The position numbers were made by a program, and so were the translations under genes. 64,000 nt of DNA from Takakia lepidozioides. Lineage: Eukaryota > Plantae > Bryophyta. Each line of letters opens with the position of its first letter. Positions within the stretch are counted from its first letter, which is position 1. This document shows, piece by piece, positions 49,221-62,600 of the stretch. Where the stretch lies: the NCBI GenBank assembly GCA_030704615.1, contig CM060733.1, forward strand, positions 67,890,001 to 67,954,000. The letters run 5' to 3'. The notes beneath the pieces were generated by a model. That model worked only from the letters and a program-made list of their open reading frames with translations, made no database searches and was not told where the DNA came from.

Positions 49221-51475
49221 TTGGAAAGTTATTTAAAACCTAACTATTTGTATCTCTGGGAGAGAGGAATAGACATAGGGGAATCAACTGGACCTCTCAC
49301 ACCACCAAGACCAGAGAGTACATCACCCATACCAAAATATCCTAATTTAGATGCCACTCCTTATTCTTTACAAGAAAGATTAAGAGATTTGGTACAGGAA
49401 GAAGATCAGCCTCAAGGGGAAAGGTCGGAAGTGAATCCCTGGGTAAAAGATTTAACAGAAATATTTTATCAGAGTTGGCACGGTACACCAAGAGCATGAT
49501 CTCCAGTTTCTGAAACACCAGCCAAGGAAGGAGAGGATGATGAGGAAGAGCCAACGGAGAGTTCAGACTCTCCAATACCACTTCGAGCGAGGAAGAAGAA
49601 ATCCAAGATAAGAACTTGGAAGATGAAAACAGAGATAAAAACTTGGAGGACAGAGAGAATGAAGACATAGACCCAACAGTTGATGTTGGTACTGCAACCA
49701 GGACATCCCAACCTATTGGACCAGGATCAAATGACACACTTGGATCACTGGCCAACAAAGGTGTCGGCTCAGGGGGATCAGGCAAGCAACTTGGATCCGG
49801 CTCTGGGGACAGGGCGTGTGGGAAGCAATGCAACTGAAACTGGCAGGAGGTCTAGCACCAGCCACAAGGCCGGGAGTAGGGCCACAGATGGCAGCAGTAG
49901 TTCCAACCCGGGCAAAGCCACCTTTTCCGATTTACGCAGGAAAAGGGGATCCTGATATACACATCAACCAATTTGAACACATGTGTATAGTGAACAATGA
50001 GAATGGTGAAGATGCAAAACTGAGATTATTTCCTTGTTATCAAGAAAGCAAGTGAGTGGTATGCTCCATTTCCTGATAATCATTTTCTAACCTGGAATGG
50101 CCTTAGTACAACATTCCGGAACAGGTTCAGGACAAGCAAAACTGAGGACGAAGTGTACGGTAGTCTACAACAGTTGAGACAAAAGAAACATGAAACTGTT
50201 GAAGAATATCTGGAGAAAATGGAATTAATGGTCAGGAAGCTGGCTGATGTGCCACCAGCAGGTTTACAAAAGACTTGGTTCGTGAGTGGACTGAGACCTA
50301 AGTTACAAAAGAAAGTGGATATGTTACCCCATAATACAGTGGAAGAGGCATTTGAAACAGCCAACAGAATTGAGCAAAGGAAATGACTCAGGAAGGATAA
50401 AAAGAATGTTGATGACTCTGAAGATGAGTCAGATGAGGAAGAGGAGCAAGAGCTTAAGAAGAAGAACAAGAAGAGGGAAAAATTGAAAAGGGATAACTAT
50501 AAAAGAAGATTGGAAAAAGTATGCTACAGAGGCTGCAACACATTGGAGGAAGGGTGCCTGGTGTTCAAAATTCCAAAATGAAGGCCATACCACAGCTGAA
50601 TGCCACATAAAGGATAAACATTGTGTTATCTGTAAAATGGATAACCATTCTACTGAGAATTGTTCTTACAATAGAAAGACAACTGCAAGGGAACCAAGAC
50701 AGATGAGGGTGCATCAAGTTAACCCCAGCCAAGAAGAAACAATGACCAGGACCACTATGGTAGGCCTGGTGGATATAACAATGGTATGGCAGGAAGAGGT
50801 AATCCAAGAGGGATTTACCAAAGCAATCCCGGAGGCAACTTCCAGGGTAATCCAAGGGGGAATTACCAGCCAGGGAATCAGGATTATAGAAATAATCCCA
50901 TAATGGATGGACCAAGGGTGAGGACCCAATGGTGAAGAACTGTGTTACTATTGTAACCAAGCAGGACATCGCAAGGCAGCCTGTCCGATCTGGATTAGAC
51001 ACCAGAATGAAATGAGAATCCCAGTGAATGAAGGCCCGGTAGTGGCAGCTCACATGGTTATGCCATGTTTTGTAGCATGATAACTGATAATTGACTTTGA
51101 TGATTGGTCTGTGCTTTGATGATTGGAAGCACAAACCTGACTGATGTACTGATAGATGGAGGCTCAAGAGTGAATATCATGACAAACCAATTAAGGCAAA
51201 AGCTTGGTCTGAGTAACATGAAACCAGCCCCATTCATAGTAACAATGGCAGATCAAAGAAGTGTACAACCATTGGGTTTGATAGGAGGAGTAGAAATACA
51301 GATTCAAAAGATGGTCTTTAAGATCATAGTGACTGTATTGAAGATGGATGATGTCATGGAAGTTTATTCCTTATTGTTAGGACGACCATGGCTGAAACAG
51401 GCCAAGGTATTCCATGACTAGAATTCTCAAATTCTGACTGTGCGCAAGGATAAGCACAAGATACAGATTTCAACT
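49221..51475 (+). mobile_element. Degenerate Ty3/Gypsy gag-protease remnant (different family)
   Basis: FPIYAGKGDPDIHINQFE (gag), three CCHC-like knuckles including CYYCNQAGHRKAAC, protease VLIDGGSRVNIM...LLGRPWL; stops and frameshifts. Confidence 0.85.
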
Positions 51476-51519
51476 AAGAAATTTGCCGACTACAACGAGC
51501 CTACAGATTCTTTTTCGAC

Positions 51520-53318
51520 CGCTACTTCCCACACCCAATTTGTTGTATGGCATATGCAAAGGGTGGGTGAATTGCATTGACAATTATGTACCTGTATAGG
51601 AGCCTGCGAGCTGGTAAAGTTCCACCAGGCTGCTCAGTAATTGGCCAACTGGGGGCAGGCCCATCCTTCATCTCGCACCAGAATAGCTCCTTCCAAAACT
51701 TGAGTCGGAAATCGTCCACCCAGACAGAGAGGGTCTTCAGAGTGGGAGCCTCTTCCTAGGTTGGCAGCTGCAGGAACCATTTCTGAACCAGCATGGCCAA
51801 CTGCCGCTCTGCTTCCTCCTTTTGCTCGAGTCCACCACGTCAATTGTTAGAGATGAGAAATTGCAACAATAACTGTAACATGAAGCCACCACCAGTATTG
51901 CCAACATCTTACCTGGAACCACCATGTCATTTTGTCGCACCACAAGTCAAACACCACATCTGTGGGAGCATGGGGGAATTTTCCATTTTTGCGGGTTGTG
52001 GAGTCAAAATTCCACAGCTTCAACCATAAAATCTTCTCCTTCGGGCTGACCTCGCTCGTGGCAAGCATCTGCAACTTCTCGAGAGTCATTTCCGGCTTCT
52101 GATTGACGGCAAGAGACTTGTAATGCGTGGTTATCTAAAAAAGAAAGCCAGTTCCCAGTGCAGGATCGCAGATGGAAGAATATTTTGCGATTTTGGTGTA
52201 CCACTTCGTTGTGTGCACCTGGAAATCGCTTGCCAGTTTCTTCCGGATGAGGTCGGTGTTCTCAGCGGTGGCAGGCAAGTGGGCATGGGCATCCAAGCAG
52301 ACGTTTCTAATTCTACGGAATCCATCCTGACCCATATACTCTATTAGGGCGTCCCGCGGCATTGTTATCCAGTTCCCATCCCGCTTGTTCAAGCACTTCT
52401 CGTAGACGTCCGCTGGAAGAGCTGATTGGTACTGCTCAACAGGTGTAGTTGCGCACTTCTGGAAGTAGAATAGCTTGTGCGGAAGCTCGTTGGACACATT
52501 TCCACGATCTGTCACGCTGCAAAACACACGGAACAAGACCTTCATGTGACCATGGACCTTATTGAAATTCATGAAAGAAAGTACTACCTACAAAACTCAG
52601 CAGGGATTTAAGGGTTTAGGGTGGGCTCCATGGTATAGTCGGCGCAGACCATACTTTTAGCGAGGCGGTTGTCAACGGAGGCATTTTGGGCATCTTCTCT
52701 GAACTCCCTCCCACCAGGCAATACTTTCGACTCCATCTCACACTACACGTCTAATTAATGAATTGGTCTACGAAGCACCCATTGGGATTGCTTATGCAAG
52801 ACCTGCAACTCCATGCAAACAACATCCCCGAATTGCTAAACCCTATACCTATGCTCATATGAGCAGAAGAGGAGAAAAAAACTCACACATTCATACGATT
52901 CATTGCACGCCGTATGAGGCCCAAGATCGGAACTCTTCACATCCATAATCTTGGCGTTCACCCGGTAGTGCCAGCTCGCCTCGTCTGCGTGTTGCTCGCG
53001 TATGACCTCCATCCAAACATACCACATGTGATTCCCGTTGTAGATGTGCAACCATTTGTTGGAGAGAAACTCCCACTCCGTGTTCTTTATGTCTTCCTCA
53101 AATGCAGCATCCGCTGCCTGCCAATGTTCAGACCATGCATCCCGATCTCCTTGTTGGATTTCTTGGCTCTGTCCACTATCATCGTTGATGGAAAGTAGTA
53201 GTGATGCAAGTGCATCATTATACTTGTCCGCCTCAAAATACAACTTGAGCTTGTTGGTGCCTGGGCGCTCAGCCATGCGCACAGCCTGGAGGGGCTGAGG
53301 TTGAAAGTGCTTGAACAT
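51520..53318 (-). pseudogene. Second, diverged copy of the ParB-like gene (MTase part not present)
   Basis: WSEHWQ...FE...HIYNGNH...WMEVI...WHYRV matches WDPIWR...FE...HVWDGNH...WMAVI...WHYSV. Also TLEKL..WLKLWN..DLW..KMTWWFQ| versus AQEKL..WLQIWN..DTW..KATYWSQ|, with the intron at the same position. Confidence 0.82.
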
Positions 53319-54347
53319 GTTGCAGCTCTAACTACTCCGGAGAAAGGGTACGACTTGCCTCCCTATGCGGCAGCAGAAGCGCAAGCTTAGGCTAAGCAAC
53401 CGTGGACAAGAATGTCTCAGCAGGCACAATGGCCAGCACAGGTGAGGGCTGCTGCTCAATTTTCTACAATACGGAACTATTTTGATAATTCTGCAGAAGA
53501 GGGATCGGAAAGCGAGGATCCAACGACCGAGGAAGGCTCCGACGAAGAGTATGTTAATGAGGTCGTTGGTGAGGAGAGGACTCCTAGCCCAAAGATCAGT
53601 TTAAGACTTGGCCTCGACTTGCTACCGGGTCCCTCCCCTGCAACAGTAGTTTCTGGGGTGTTGCAGGACATAACGTTGGAGTATGGTGATGACCCTGGTA
53701 GTCCAAATATTACGTAGTTGCATTTGCTTTACCCCAAATCCTAAACACAAAGGGGTCTCTCTGATGCGCTGAATTAGTGGAAAATATCGTACAGTGATAT
53801 GGGTGTAATTGAATGTTGCGCAAAATTTTACTCCAATGTGGATGTTCAGTCTTCTTAATTGCATGATCTTCACATCCTCGCCATCCTTCAACCCTTCACA
53901 TTCCCCTAGTTTGGAATTGCTGGAGTGCTGAGCCTAGTCTGCTGAAGTTATAAATTGCCGGTCACAAATATCCAAATGAAACAGGTTATTACTCTGCTGA
54001 TTGATATGAAGACCCTTGCCATGACATGCCAGCCGCAATGCCCAAATATTAAACTTATGCCCATGTGCACACTCCTTCCCTCACAGACAGTCACGCTTCA
54101 ACAGTGTCCATTTCAAGAACAAGTAGTTTCAACTATATAGTTATAGACACAACAGGTCCAGCTTGGGTCCAGCTTTCACTGGGGATGATATAGTTGGTGG
54201 CAACCATAACACCTAACATCGCCATACAGACTTGCCAATTTTGAGGGTGGTGCTATAGTCGGTGGCGACTACAACAACTCACCTGTAGCCCACGGTGTTA
54301 GGCGTTCCACCTTCTATTTCCGTGGAGTGTTACCACTATGCATTAAG

Positions 54348-56090
54348 TCAGCAGTTTTGGTTCCCGACCTCCACCTTAGAGTAGGTTCGGTGTAGGTTCG
54401 AGTGAGGGTCGGGAAACAACTCAAGGATGTACGTGTCCTTCTGAGCCTCAATCTGACTGTACTGTTGAAAGGTATCCTCATTGCGACAGATAGTAGCCTT
54501 CAAATCAGCAATGAGTTTCGCCTGCTCCACTGACTCAGCCTCCACCATTAAACATCTCTCATCTTGATTCTTAACTTCTAATGCAGTCAGTTCCAGAGTA
54601 GTTGTTAGTGTAGCACATTGGATGGTCATTTTCTGATGAACTGCCTCCAACTTTGTATAAAACAACTTCACTTCCTGCAATTTGCCCTCATGCTTCACTT
54701 GCAATTGATATAGCTGTTGCTTGTGTACTTCATGCAACTTCTCCTGCTCCAGACCTGCTTCAATCAGGTTTTCCTTCGCAAGCTGTAGAGCAGATTGAGT
54801 GTCCTCCAACTCTTTCTGCAACTTAAGGTTGGCCTCCACATCCACCTTATTTGCACACTCAGTGGTAATTCTTGCCTCAAACTCTTGCTTGAGCTCCTCC
54901 CTCAATGCTACCAATTGTGTGGAAGGAACATGGGACTTCACATAGGTGCCCAACAAATTAAGTATATTGCTTATGGAACTCATAAGCATGGCATGCTGTG
55001 GGTCTTCATGGAGAACTTGCTGATGTTCTCCCTGATCTTCCACAATTTGATGTTTCACAAACCAGTCAGGCCATGATCCCACAGGATCTACTTCCTGAGC
55101 AACCTCATCCTCCACAGGTGCTGCAGTTCCCTTGCACTTTACCCCTTTAACCTCCGTCACAGGTTTGGGCATAACTTGCACAACAGGGATTTCCCTGGGC
55201 AGACTCTACATCTTTGGTACTATTGGTTCTCCGAGCATGCCAGAATTTTCATAGAGAAGGTCACCATTCTCAATTTCCGCCACTACTTGCTCTGTAGTGG
55301 GAATGTCTAACCTCTCTCCTTCCACAGTAAAAGGCTCGGGTGTGACAACATGTACAATCTGAGTTACCCCTGGGGCAACCGGGTCAACTGGCTGTGGTGG
55401 CTGTGGTACTGAGGTAACTTCTTCCTCCCTCTCCATAGGCCGTGCTTCCAGCAATAACAGCCTCCTGTGCTGCTGCTCCTCATCCTGCACAAGAGCTATG
55501 GAAACTTCATCTTGTGGTTTTCTTGTAGCTAGTGGATCTGCCACTACAGTCACATCTCGCTTCTGTCTCTTGGACTAGTGCTGCCCCTCCAATCCCCCTT
55601 CACCTTGTGAAGAGCCCTGCTTCTCGACTGCAGTTGTGGCTGTCTCAAATACTCCCATCACTTTGTGTTCTCGCGCATCAAGCAAACAAGAATCAAAGAT
55701 AATTTGCGCAATAATTGGGCCAGACACAATGATCGGGGACTTAGTAGTAGTATTTTGTAACCGCTTCATCTCCTCCACCAGACCACTATACATCATCTCC
55801 GCCCAAGCTACATCCTCTCCTCTCAAGGCTTTCAGTACCTCATTTGTGAAAGATCTACTAAGGTATTGTTGGTTCTGTTTCATGGCAAACAGAATGTTCA
55901 GTATTTGGCCAATTTCCCTCAACCCTGGATACTCGGCCTTGGTGCAGGTGAATCCCTGGTTCCTAAAGAAACTTGTTTCTTGGAATAGATCCCCTATTTG
56001 CAATCTTGCCCTGTGCTCATCCACATTCACATGACCAGATGGCAATTCAAACAGTTGTTGCAAGTACTGCGGAGTAACCTCAGGATCTGG
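54348..56090 (-). pseudogene. Interrupted coiled-coil-rich ORF, probably an accessory ORF of a retroelement
   Basis: Three successive long ORFs (55575.., 55206.., 54348..) with a heptad-rich C-terminus; no family motif recognised. Confidence 0.4.
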
Positions 56091-56094
56091 AGCT

Positions 56095-56432
56095 AGAAGA
56101 GAATGCTGCAATGCCAAATGTGAACATGTCTGAGGCCGTGCATGCGAGCTGGCAGGTCGGGAGCGGTGTATCGAAGGTCGACCTCTATACAGCCACCAGG
56201 AATGACTTGACGAGGGCAATTATGCAATCGTGTAACTACCACAGTTATCTGAAGGGTGGAGCAAAGGGTTCCGGACCCGACCGGGCACAACTGCTAGTCC
56301 GTGCTGCATCGCGATTGTCTGATCCAGCTAAAATGGCAGAAGCGGTCAGGTCTTTCGTAGATGGCACTGAGCTTCATGGACGAAATCCAGGGCTCGAGGG
56401 TGATCTCCTAACTCACACAACAAAACGGAAGC
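56095..56432 (+). pseudogene. Fragment of a related transposase (catalytic Glu region)
   Basis: MPNVNMSEAVHASW..DLYTAT..GSGPD..RAASRLSDPAKMA..LEG..KRK aligns to MPSCNLAETVHNAW..DLYVAT..GKGPD..RAASRSGDPSKMA..LEG..KRK. Confidence 0.88.
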
Positions 56433-56725
56433 GTTTGCCGGAACCTGCATATCCATTCTGATCTCTTTGTAGTCGTTGCCGACTACCTACACTATAATAT
56501 ATCCGGATGAGGGTTGCGAGGCAATGTCTATACACCTCAACGCATGTTCACAATCATCGTATTTTTCATTTCATAAACTCGGAGCGGATTCTTAAAGTCG
56601 TTGCCGACTTTAAGGGTACTAGGTAAATATCAAATGATGTGTCCTATCACTTTCCAACTGAACAAAACAGTTTAAGCACAACACTCCATTCAAAATTTTG
56701 AAAATAGTAGCCAAAGTACAAAACG
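56432..56725. repeat. Inverted copy of 20669-20962
   Basis: Reverse-complement match including two AGTCGTTGCCGACT palindromes. Confidence 0.9.
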
Positions 56726-56849
56726 TCAAAGAGATACAATTTCTTTTCTTCTTGATAGTCGTTGCCGACCTCAATGATCATTGCCTCGTTTATCCACTTC
56801 TATGTCATGACATATATATAAGTTTTCTTTCTGCAATGACTACAATGTC

Positions 56850-57390
56850 TCAAATCCTATTGCGGCAAATAGGGCATGACCCGTTTCGAAGCAGCCACCC
56901 TTCAATGCATATAGAGTGAAAGGAATGGCCGCACTCACTGAGAATACGGACTGACTCGCCCTCTACTAGACAGTCTTGGCAAACAGTGCATCGTTCGTTT
57001 GTTGCTGGACATGTTTCTCCTGCGATAACAAACTCCATTGAATGCATTTCAATGATTTCTATGCTTGCACCTATCCATCGCAAATCATCCTCTGCATGTA
57101 CCTCCATCTCCTCACCTTCCCCATCAATGTCCATGTGCTCATCTTCATCATCGTTGTCAGAATCCGCAGTGGAGCCCCCTGCTGAAGGGCCGTTCCCATT
57201 GACGGTCTGCTGAACCACCATTGCCTCATCATTTTTGTGCTTGGCAAGGCACTCGGCGATATCGTCCATAAAGGGAGCCCACCATGAAGTCGATGCAGGC
57301 TTGTCCTCCCCATTTCCACTGACATCACTACTGCTTGTGCCTGCATTGGAAGAGCTCAACCATTTCCGGTTCCACAGCCTCCACCACCGA
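56850..57390 (-). CDS. RING-H2 (ATL-like) finger ORF, 5' end unclear
   Basis: CTVC..L..GE.VR.L..CGHSFH..CI..WL...SCPICR preceded by an acidic tract. Confidence 0.75.
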
Positions 57391-57395
57391 CCCCT

Positions 57396-57770
57396 ATGAG
57401 AGCAAGAACAAACGTACATGACAACTCTAAGCATCCTATACACCGTTGGGGAAAACCGAAGAGACGGCGACCTCCCTCAAAAGTGAACGAGACAAGGATG
57501 GGGAATGCACTTGGGATGAACTATACAATCCAGAGCTCAACAGAAGTGCCCCCACCAGGCTTCGGGCGTGTGTATCAGATGGCCACGGCAGGCTCAATTG
57601 TCCGCAATGAGATGTACACCATCACCCCATACTGCCCTTGCAAGCATCTGTACTACTTGTACCTAAAGAGACTCCAGTGTAATTCCACAACTCATCACTT
57701 CATACATGCACTAGCGTTGAGCCTTGACGAGATGTCCACTCTTCTGAATATGGATCCAGGGGACCAGTGA
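57396..57770 (+). pseudogene. SWIM C-terminal remnant of a related transposase (internal deletion)
   Basis: HP..R.GK..RR, GFGRVY..AGS, PCKHLYY, FIHALAL. Confidence 0.8.
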
Positions 57771-58569
57771 GCTTGGTTTGCGGGGCACAAGACAATGTTA
57801 CGCCCATCCTTTTCGGAGTTTCAGTTATAGTAGAACTGTACTACTGCAAGTACCTCTAACGGCTACAGAAAAGTTTGACTTATGTCTTGTCTACCAGTAA
57901 CCTATTTTGGTCAAACTAAGATAATACTATGCCATTATCTTATGTTTCCACGTGCCTGGATTTTTTTTTTTTTTGGGGGTTCTTGTTTTTCTGCTCTCCC
58001 AAACTTTGCTTACCTCATTCGACCCCCGGCAAGAAAATGCGGCGCCGCATTTCCAAGTAACGTAGTAGGTACTGGTAGTTGCAGCCTTGGTCATAGTAAG
58101 ATAATCACACCGATTCTTCAGGGCGCCGACCGTCGAGAACACTGAACCCCTCAGAATTCTCGCACGTGCGAACCGTAATGCGGCACCGCATTTCATAGTG
58201 GAGTGGCAAACCTTTCCCGCAGAATGTAGGAAGAAGCAAGAATTTTCAAGCACTGCAGATTGTGTTGTTGCATGGGGATCATACAATCGCGACAGAAGGG
58301 TCAACTTCATTCCAATGTTAGGGCATATAAAACCGCGGAATACTCTATACACGCCAGTATGCAGCGTCCTTCTGCTGTGGTATACTGGATTTCTCATTGC
58401 ACGGTCAGTTTTTTCCATGAGCAGATTTACAAAACCATGAGCGGAATTGTTACTCATGACATATCTTCGCCGCATTATAGGATCTGGAACTTCCAAAAAC
58501 GGCAATGTCAAATTAAAAACTATTATTTTAATACTTTTTTAATCTGCCGCATTTCCAAATTTGGATAAG

Positions 58570-58812
58570 TCCGCTCATGAAAACCGCGTGTCTTAGACTT
58601 CGGCTCACCGCTCATGCGGCTCATGCGGCTCATGGCTCATAGCTCATGGTTTCTGCTCATGAAATAGTAAACCTCGTCTCCATGCGCTCTGCATGAGGTT
58701 CAACCAGAGCTGCATAGGCAGCAGACAAATTATTGGCTTTCTTCCAAACCTTGTTAGTCACAGAGAGCTCATTCTGGGTGTGTACTTTGCATGAGCGGTG
58801 AGCATGAGCAAT
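58570..58812. repeat. GCTCA(T/C)G / CATGAGC motif cluster, probable decayed terminus of a related transposon
   Basis: About ten copies in both orientations; CpG-decayed version of the GCTCACG subterminal motif. Confidence 0.6.
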
Positions 58813-59419
58813 TCAAATGTGTGAGATCGCATATTGTTAATTAATAAATATGGCGGGAATGAGATTTGAGCCCTGAATCACCACTGTAACATACAGGCAT
58901 TCTCGTTTATGGCATGCACCTTCTGGCACGTCCCACGATGATATTGGAAGTGCAAACAGCTAAAAACAAAAAAGAATGAAAAAGTATCGGCCAGGTGGAA
59001 AGTGGACGGTGGAATGGTATCTACAGCGGCATTAAAAAACTTACTTTGAAACAACCAAAAGCTCCAAAATAATATAGGATATGTTGTTCGACACCTACCA
59101 GGTTTTGTCTCGAGCGAAAGTGACTAAGCGTACATGGCTACTTGTAGTCTGCACCGATTACAAGCACATTGCTCTCTGCCACTTTCTCTTTCAACAGAGT
59201 TCAACACCTACTTCCTTTTGTCAAAGACAGCAGCGCTTTCGGCTGGCTGTCACTTGTAGTCTGCAACGACTACAAGCACACTGTTTGGGGTCACTTTCTA
59301 TTCTAATCAATTGTGTTTTAGGATAGTCCGTTCTTAGATAAGATGGACGCGTCTAGGGACGTCAGTGCGCTGCACCATCCAAAATCCTGCTGCAGTAAGG
59401 GCGTCGGCCTCAACCTGAC

Positions 59420-59626
59420 TCAAATTGTATCCCGGTTCCACCGGCCACACCGGGGAGCCTCTGGCATTGCTTGTATGCCGTACTTGGGCTTTCCATAGAC
59501 ACAAGTCATAATGTCATGCCTACAGAACCAGAACTGGGTCGTCATCGCCTCCGCAAACTTTGCATGAACAAATCTTCCCGTGAAAGTAGGAGCAGGGACA
59601 GCCCCAACTGGGTTCTTTCTTATCAT
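59420..59626 (-). pseudogene. Fragment of a related transposase (Cys-rich PAPTFTG...FWFC region)
   Basis: PAPTFTG.F....FWFC..D...CV.G is shared with ORF 1763..3226. Confidence 0.8.
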
Positions 59627-59675
59627 CTATCCACAATGTTGTCGTGTATCACTCGAATTGCAGAACACTTGCCTC

Positions 59676-62600
59676 ATATGCGGTGCCGCAGACTGACACC
59701 AAATTTGATCCACCGAGGAGCGAGTATGGGTGGATGTCAAGGGGACGGAACTCCGACGATGCATTTTCGTCCAGGCTGCCATCAACACGTACCCCTTCAG
59801 TGGATTTTGGGGAAGTGAGGTGGGCGGACTGCCATTCGAGCTTGCGGTGGGGACGGTCGTCCCCACTACCACTTACCGTTGCCTTCATGACAATGGGACA
59901 GAAATGCCGCACCGCATATCCGTTCGGACAGCCATACACCCTTGTCTTCATGACAGAGGGGACGGAAATGCGGTGCCGCATTTCCGTCCGAACTGCCATT
60001 AGACCTTGCCTTCATGACAGTGGGGACGGATATGCGGTGCCGCATTTCCCACTACCAGTTACCCTTGCCTCCATAATAGTAGGACGGAAATGCGGCACCG
60101 CATTTCCGTCCCACCTACTATACACCCTTGCCTTCATGACAGTGGGGACGGAAAATCGGTTTCGCATTTCCGTCCAGACTGCCCTGAGACCCCTGAGACC
60201 CTTCCTTCATGACATTGGGGACGGAAATGCGGTGCCGCATTTCCGTCCGGACTGCCATTGGACCTTGCCTTCATGACAGTGGGGATGGACGGAAATGCGG
60301 TGTCGCATTTCCGTCCCGACTGCCATTGGACCTTGCCATCATTACAGTGGGGACGGACGGAAATGCTGCATTTCCGTCCGGACTGCCATTGGACCTTGTC
60401 TTCACTACAGTGGGGACGGAAATGCAGTGCCGCTTTTCCGTCCGGACTGCCAGAAGACCTTGCATTCATAACAGTGGGGACGCAAATGCGGTGCCGCATT
60501 TCGGCCGTCCCCACTACCAGTTACCCTTGCCTCCATAACAGTGGGACGGAAATGCGGTGCCGTATTTCAGTCGCCACTACCAGTTACCCTTGCCTCCATG
60601 ACAGTGGGACGGAAATGCGGCACCACATTTTCGTCCCACCTGCCATACACCCATTGCCTTCCAACGACGATGAGTATAGAAAAAAAAAAAATAGGGTTCT
60701 GGTTTTTTTTTTCCCGCCACCCCCTGTGGTCGGAAATGCGGCACCGCATTTCCATCCAACGGGTAGAGCTAGAAAAAACAAGGAAAAAAACTGTTTTGGA
60801 TTTTTTTTCCTCTACCCCATATAGGCCGATTTATGGTATCTGCCACTTCCTTGTGCAGTTCCTTCTCATCTCTCCAAGCCTCGCCGCATTTCAATCCAGC
60901 AGCGATGAGAAGAGAAAAGAAAAAAATTTACGGTTATTTTTTTTCCCCTTCTACCCCCTGTTGTTGGAAATGCGGCATCGCATTTCGATCCTGCGGGGAT
61001 GACTAGAGAGGGCAAAAAATAAAACAAAAAAACAAACTCCATTTTTCATTTTATTTTTTGTCTTTTACTTCTATGGACGCAAATGCGGCGCTGCATTTCA
61101 ATCCAGCGGCGATGACAAGAGGAAAAAAAAGGTTAGGGTTATTGTTTTTCCTCTCTATTCCCCCTTTTGTTGGAAATGCGGCGCCGCATTCCATCCAGCG
61201 GGGATGACTAGAGAACAACCACCCAGAAAAAAGAAAAAAGAAAAAGGAAAAAAAAACCCAACATTTGTATTTTATTTTTATTTTTTATTTTTTATTTTTT
61301 TTCTCCCAACGGCCCCCCCCCCCCCCCCAACCGTATGGACGGAAATGCGGCGCCGCATTTCAATCCAGTGGCGATGACAAGAGGAAGAAAAACAGTTAGG
61401 GTTATTTTTTTCCCCCTTCTACCCCTTGTTGTTGGAAATGCGGCGCCGCATTTCCATCCAGCGGGGATGACTAAAAAAGCCGGGGGGGGGGGGGGGGCAA
61501 CTTTTTTTGTCCCCACCCCTATGGACGGAAATGTGGCACTGCATTTCAATCCAGCGGCAATGACAAGAGGAAAAAAAACGGTTAGGATTTTTCTGTTTTT
61601 CCCCCTTCTATCTCCTGTTGTTGGAAATGCGGCTCTGCATTTCCATCCAGCGGGGATGACTAAGGGCGGGGGTGGGGGGGGGGGGGGGGGGGGGGTTAAA
61701 AAAAACAAAAACAAAAACAAAAAAAAAAAAACTTTTTTTGTCCCCACCCCTATAGGCGGAAATGCGGCGCCGCATTTCAATACAGCGGCGATGACAAGAG
61801 GAAAAAAAACGGTTGGGGGGTTTTTTTTTTCCCCCTTCTATCCCCTGTTGTTGGAAATGCGGCGCCGCATTTCCATCCAGCGGGGATGACTAGAGGGGGG
61901 CGGGGGAGGGGCAAAAAACAAACAAAACAAATAAATAAATTAATAAATTAATTAAAATAAAATAAAAATGCCCCCCCCCTATGCACGGAAATGCGGCGCC
62001 GCATTTCAATTCAGTGGCGATGACAAGAAAAAATAAAGTTAGGGTTGTTCCCCCCTCTACCCTTTGTTGTTGCTGGAAATGCGGCGCCGCATTTCCATCT
62101 AGCGGGGATGACAAGAGAAAAAAAAGGAAAAAAAACAGAAACTGAGAATTTTTTTTTTTCTTGTTTTCACCCCCTTTGGATGGAAATGCGGCACCGCATT
62201 TCAATCCAGCGGCGATGACTAGAGGAAAAACAATCAGGGGTTATTTCCCCCCTCCCCCCCCTCTGGTTGAAAATGGGGCGCCGCAATTCCCATCCAGCGG
62301 GGATGACTAGAGGGGAAAAAAAGAAAACACCATCAAACGACTTTCAAAGAACACGGGTGGATGGCAGTCGAGACGGAAATGCGGCACCGCATTTCCGTCC
62401 CGACTCGCATCCCCCTTTGCACGATGATCATCATTTGGGGAAAAGAGGTGGGCGGGATGAACCTGGCGACGGAAATGCGCTGCCGCATTTTTGTCCGGAC
62501 TAACACCTACCGATCACTTTATACCTAGTGGGACGGAAATGCGGCACCGCATTTCCATCCGGGTTCCCACTAGACCATGCCTTCCTACCATTGTGGATGG

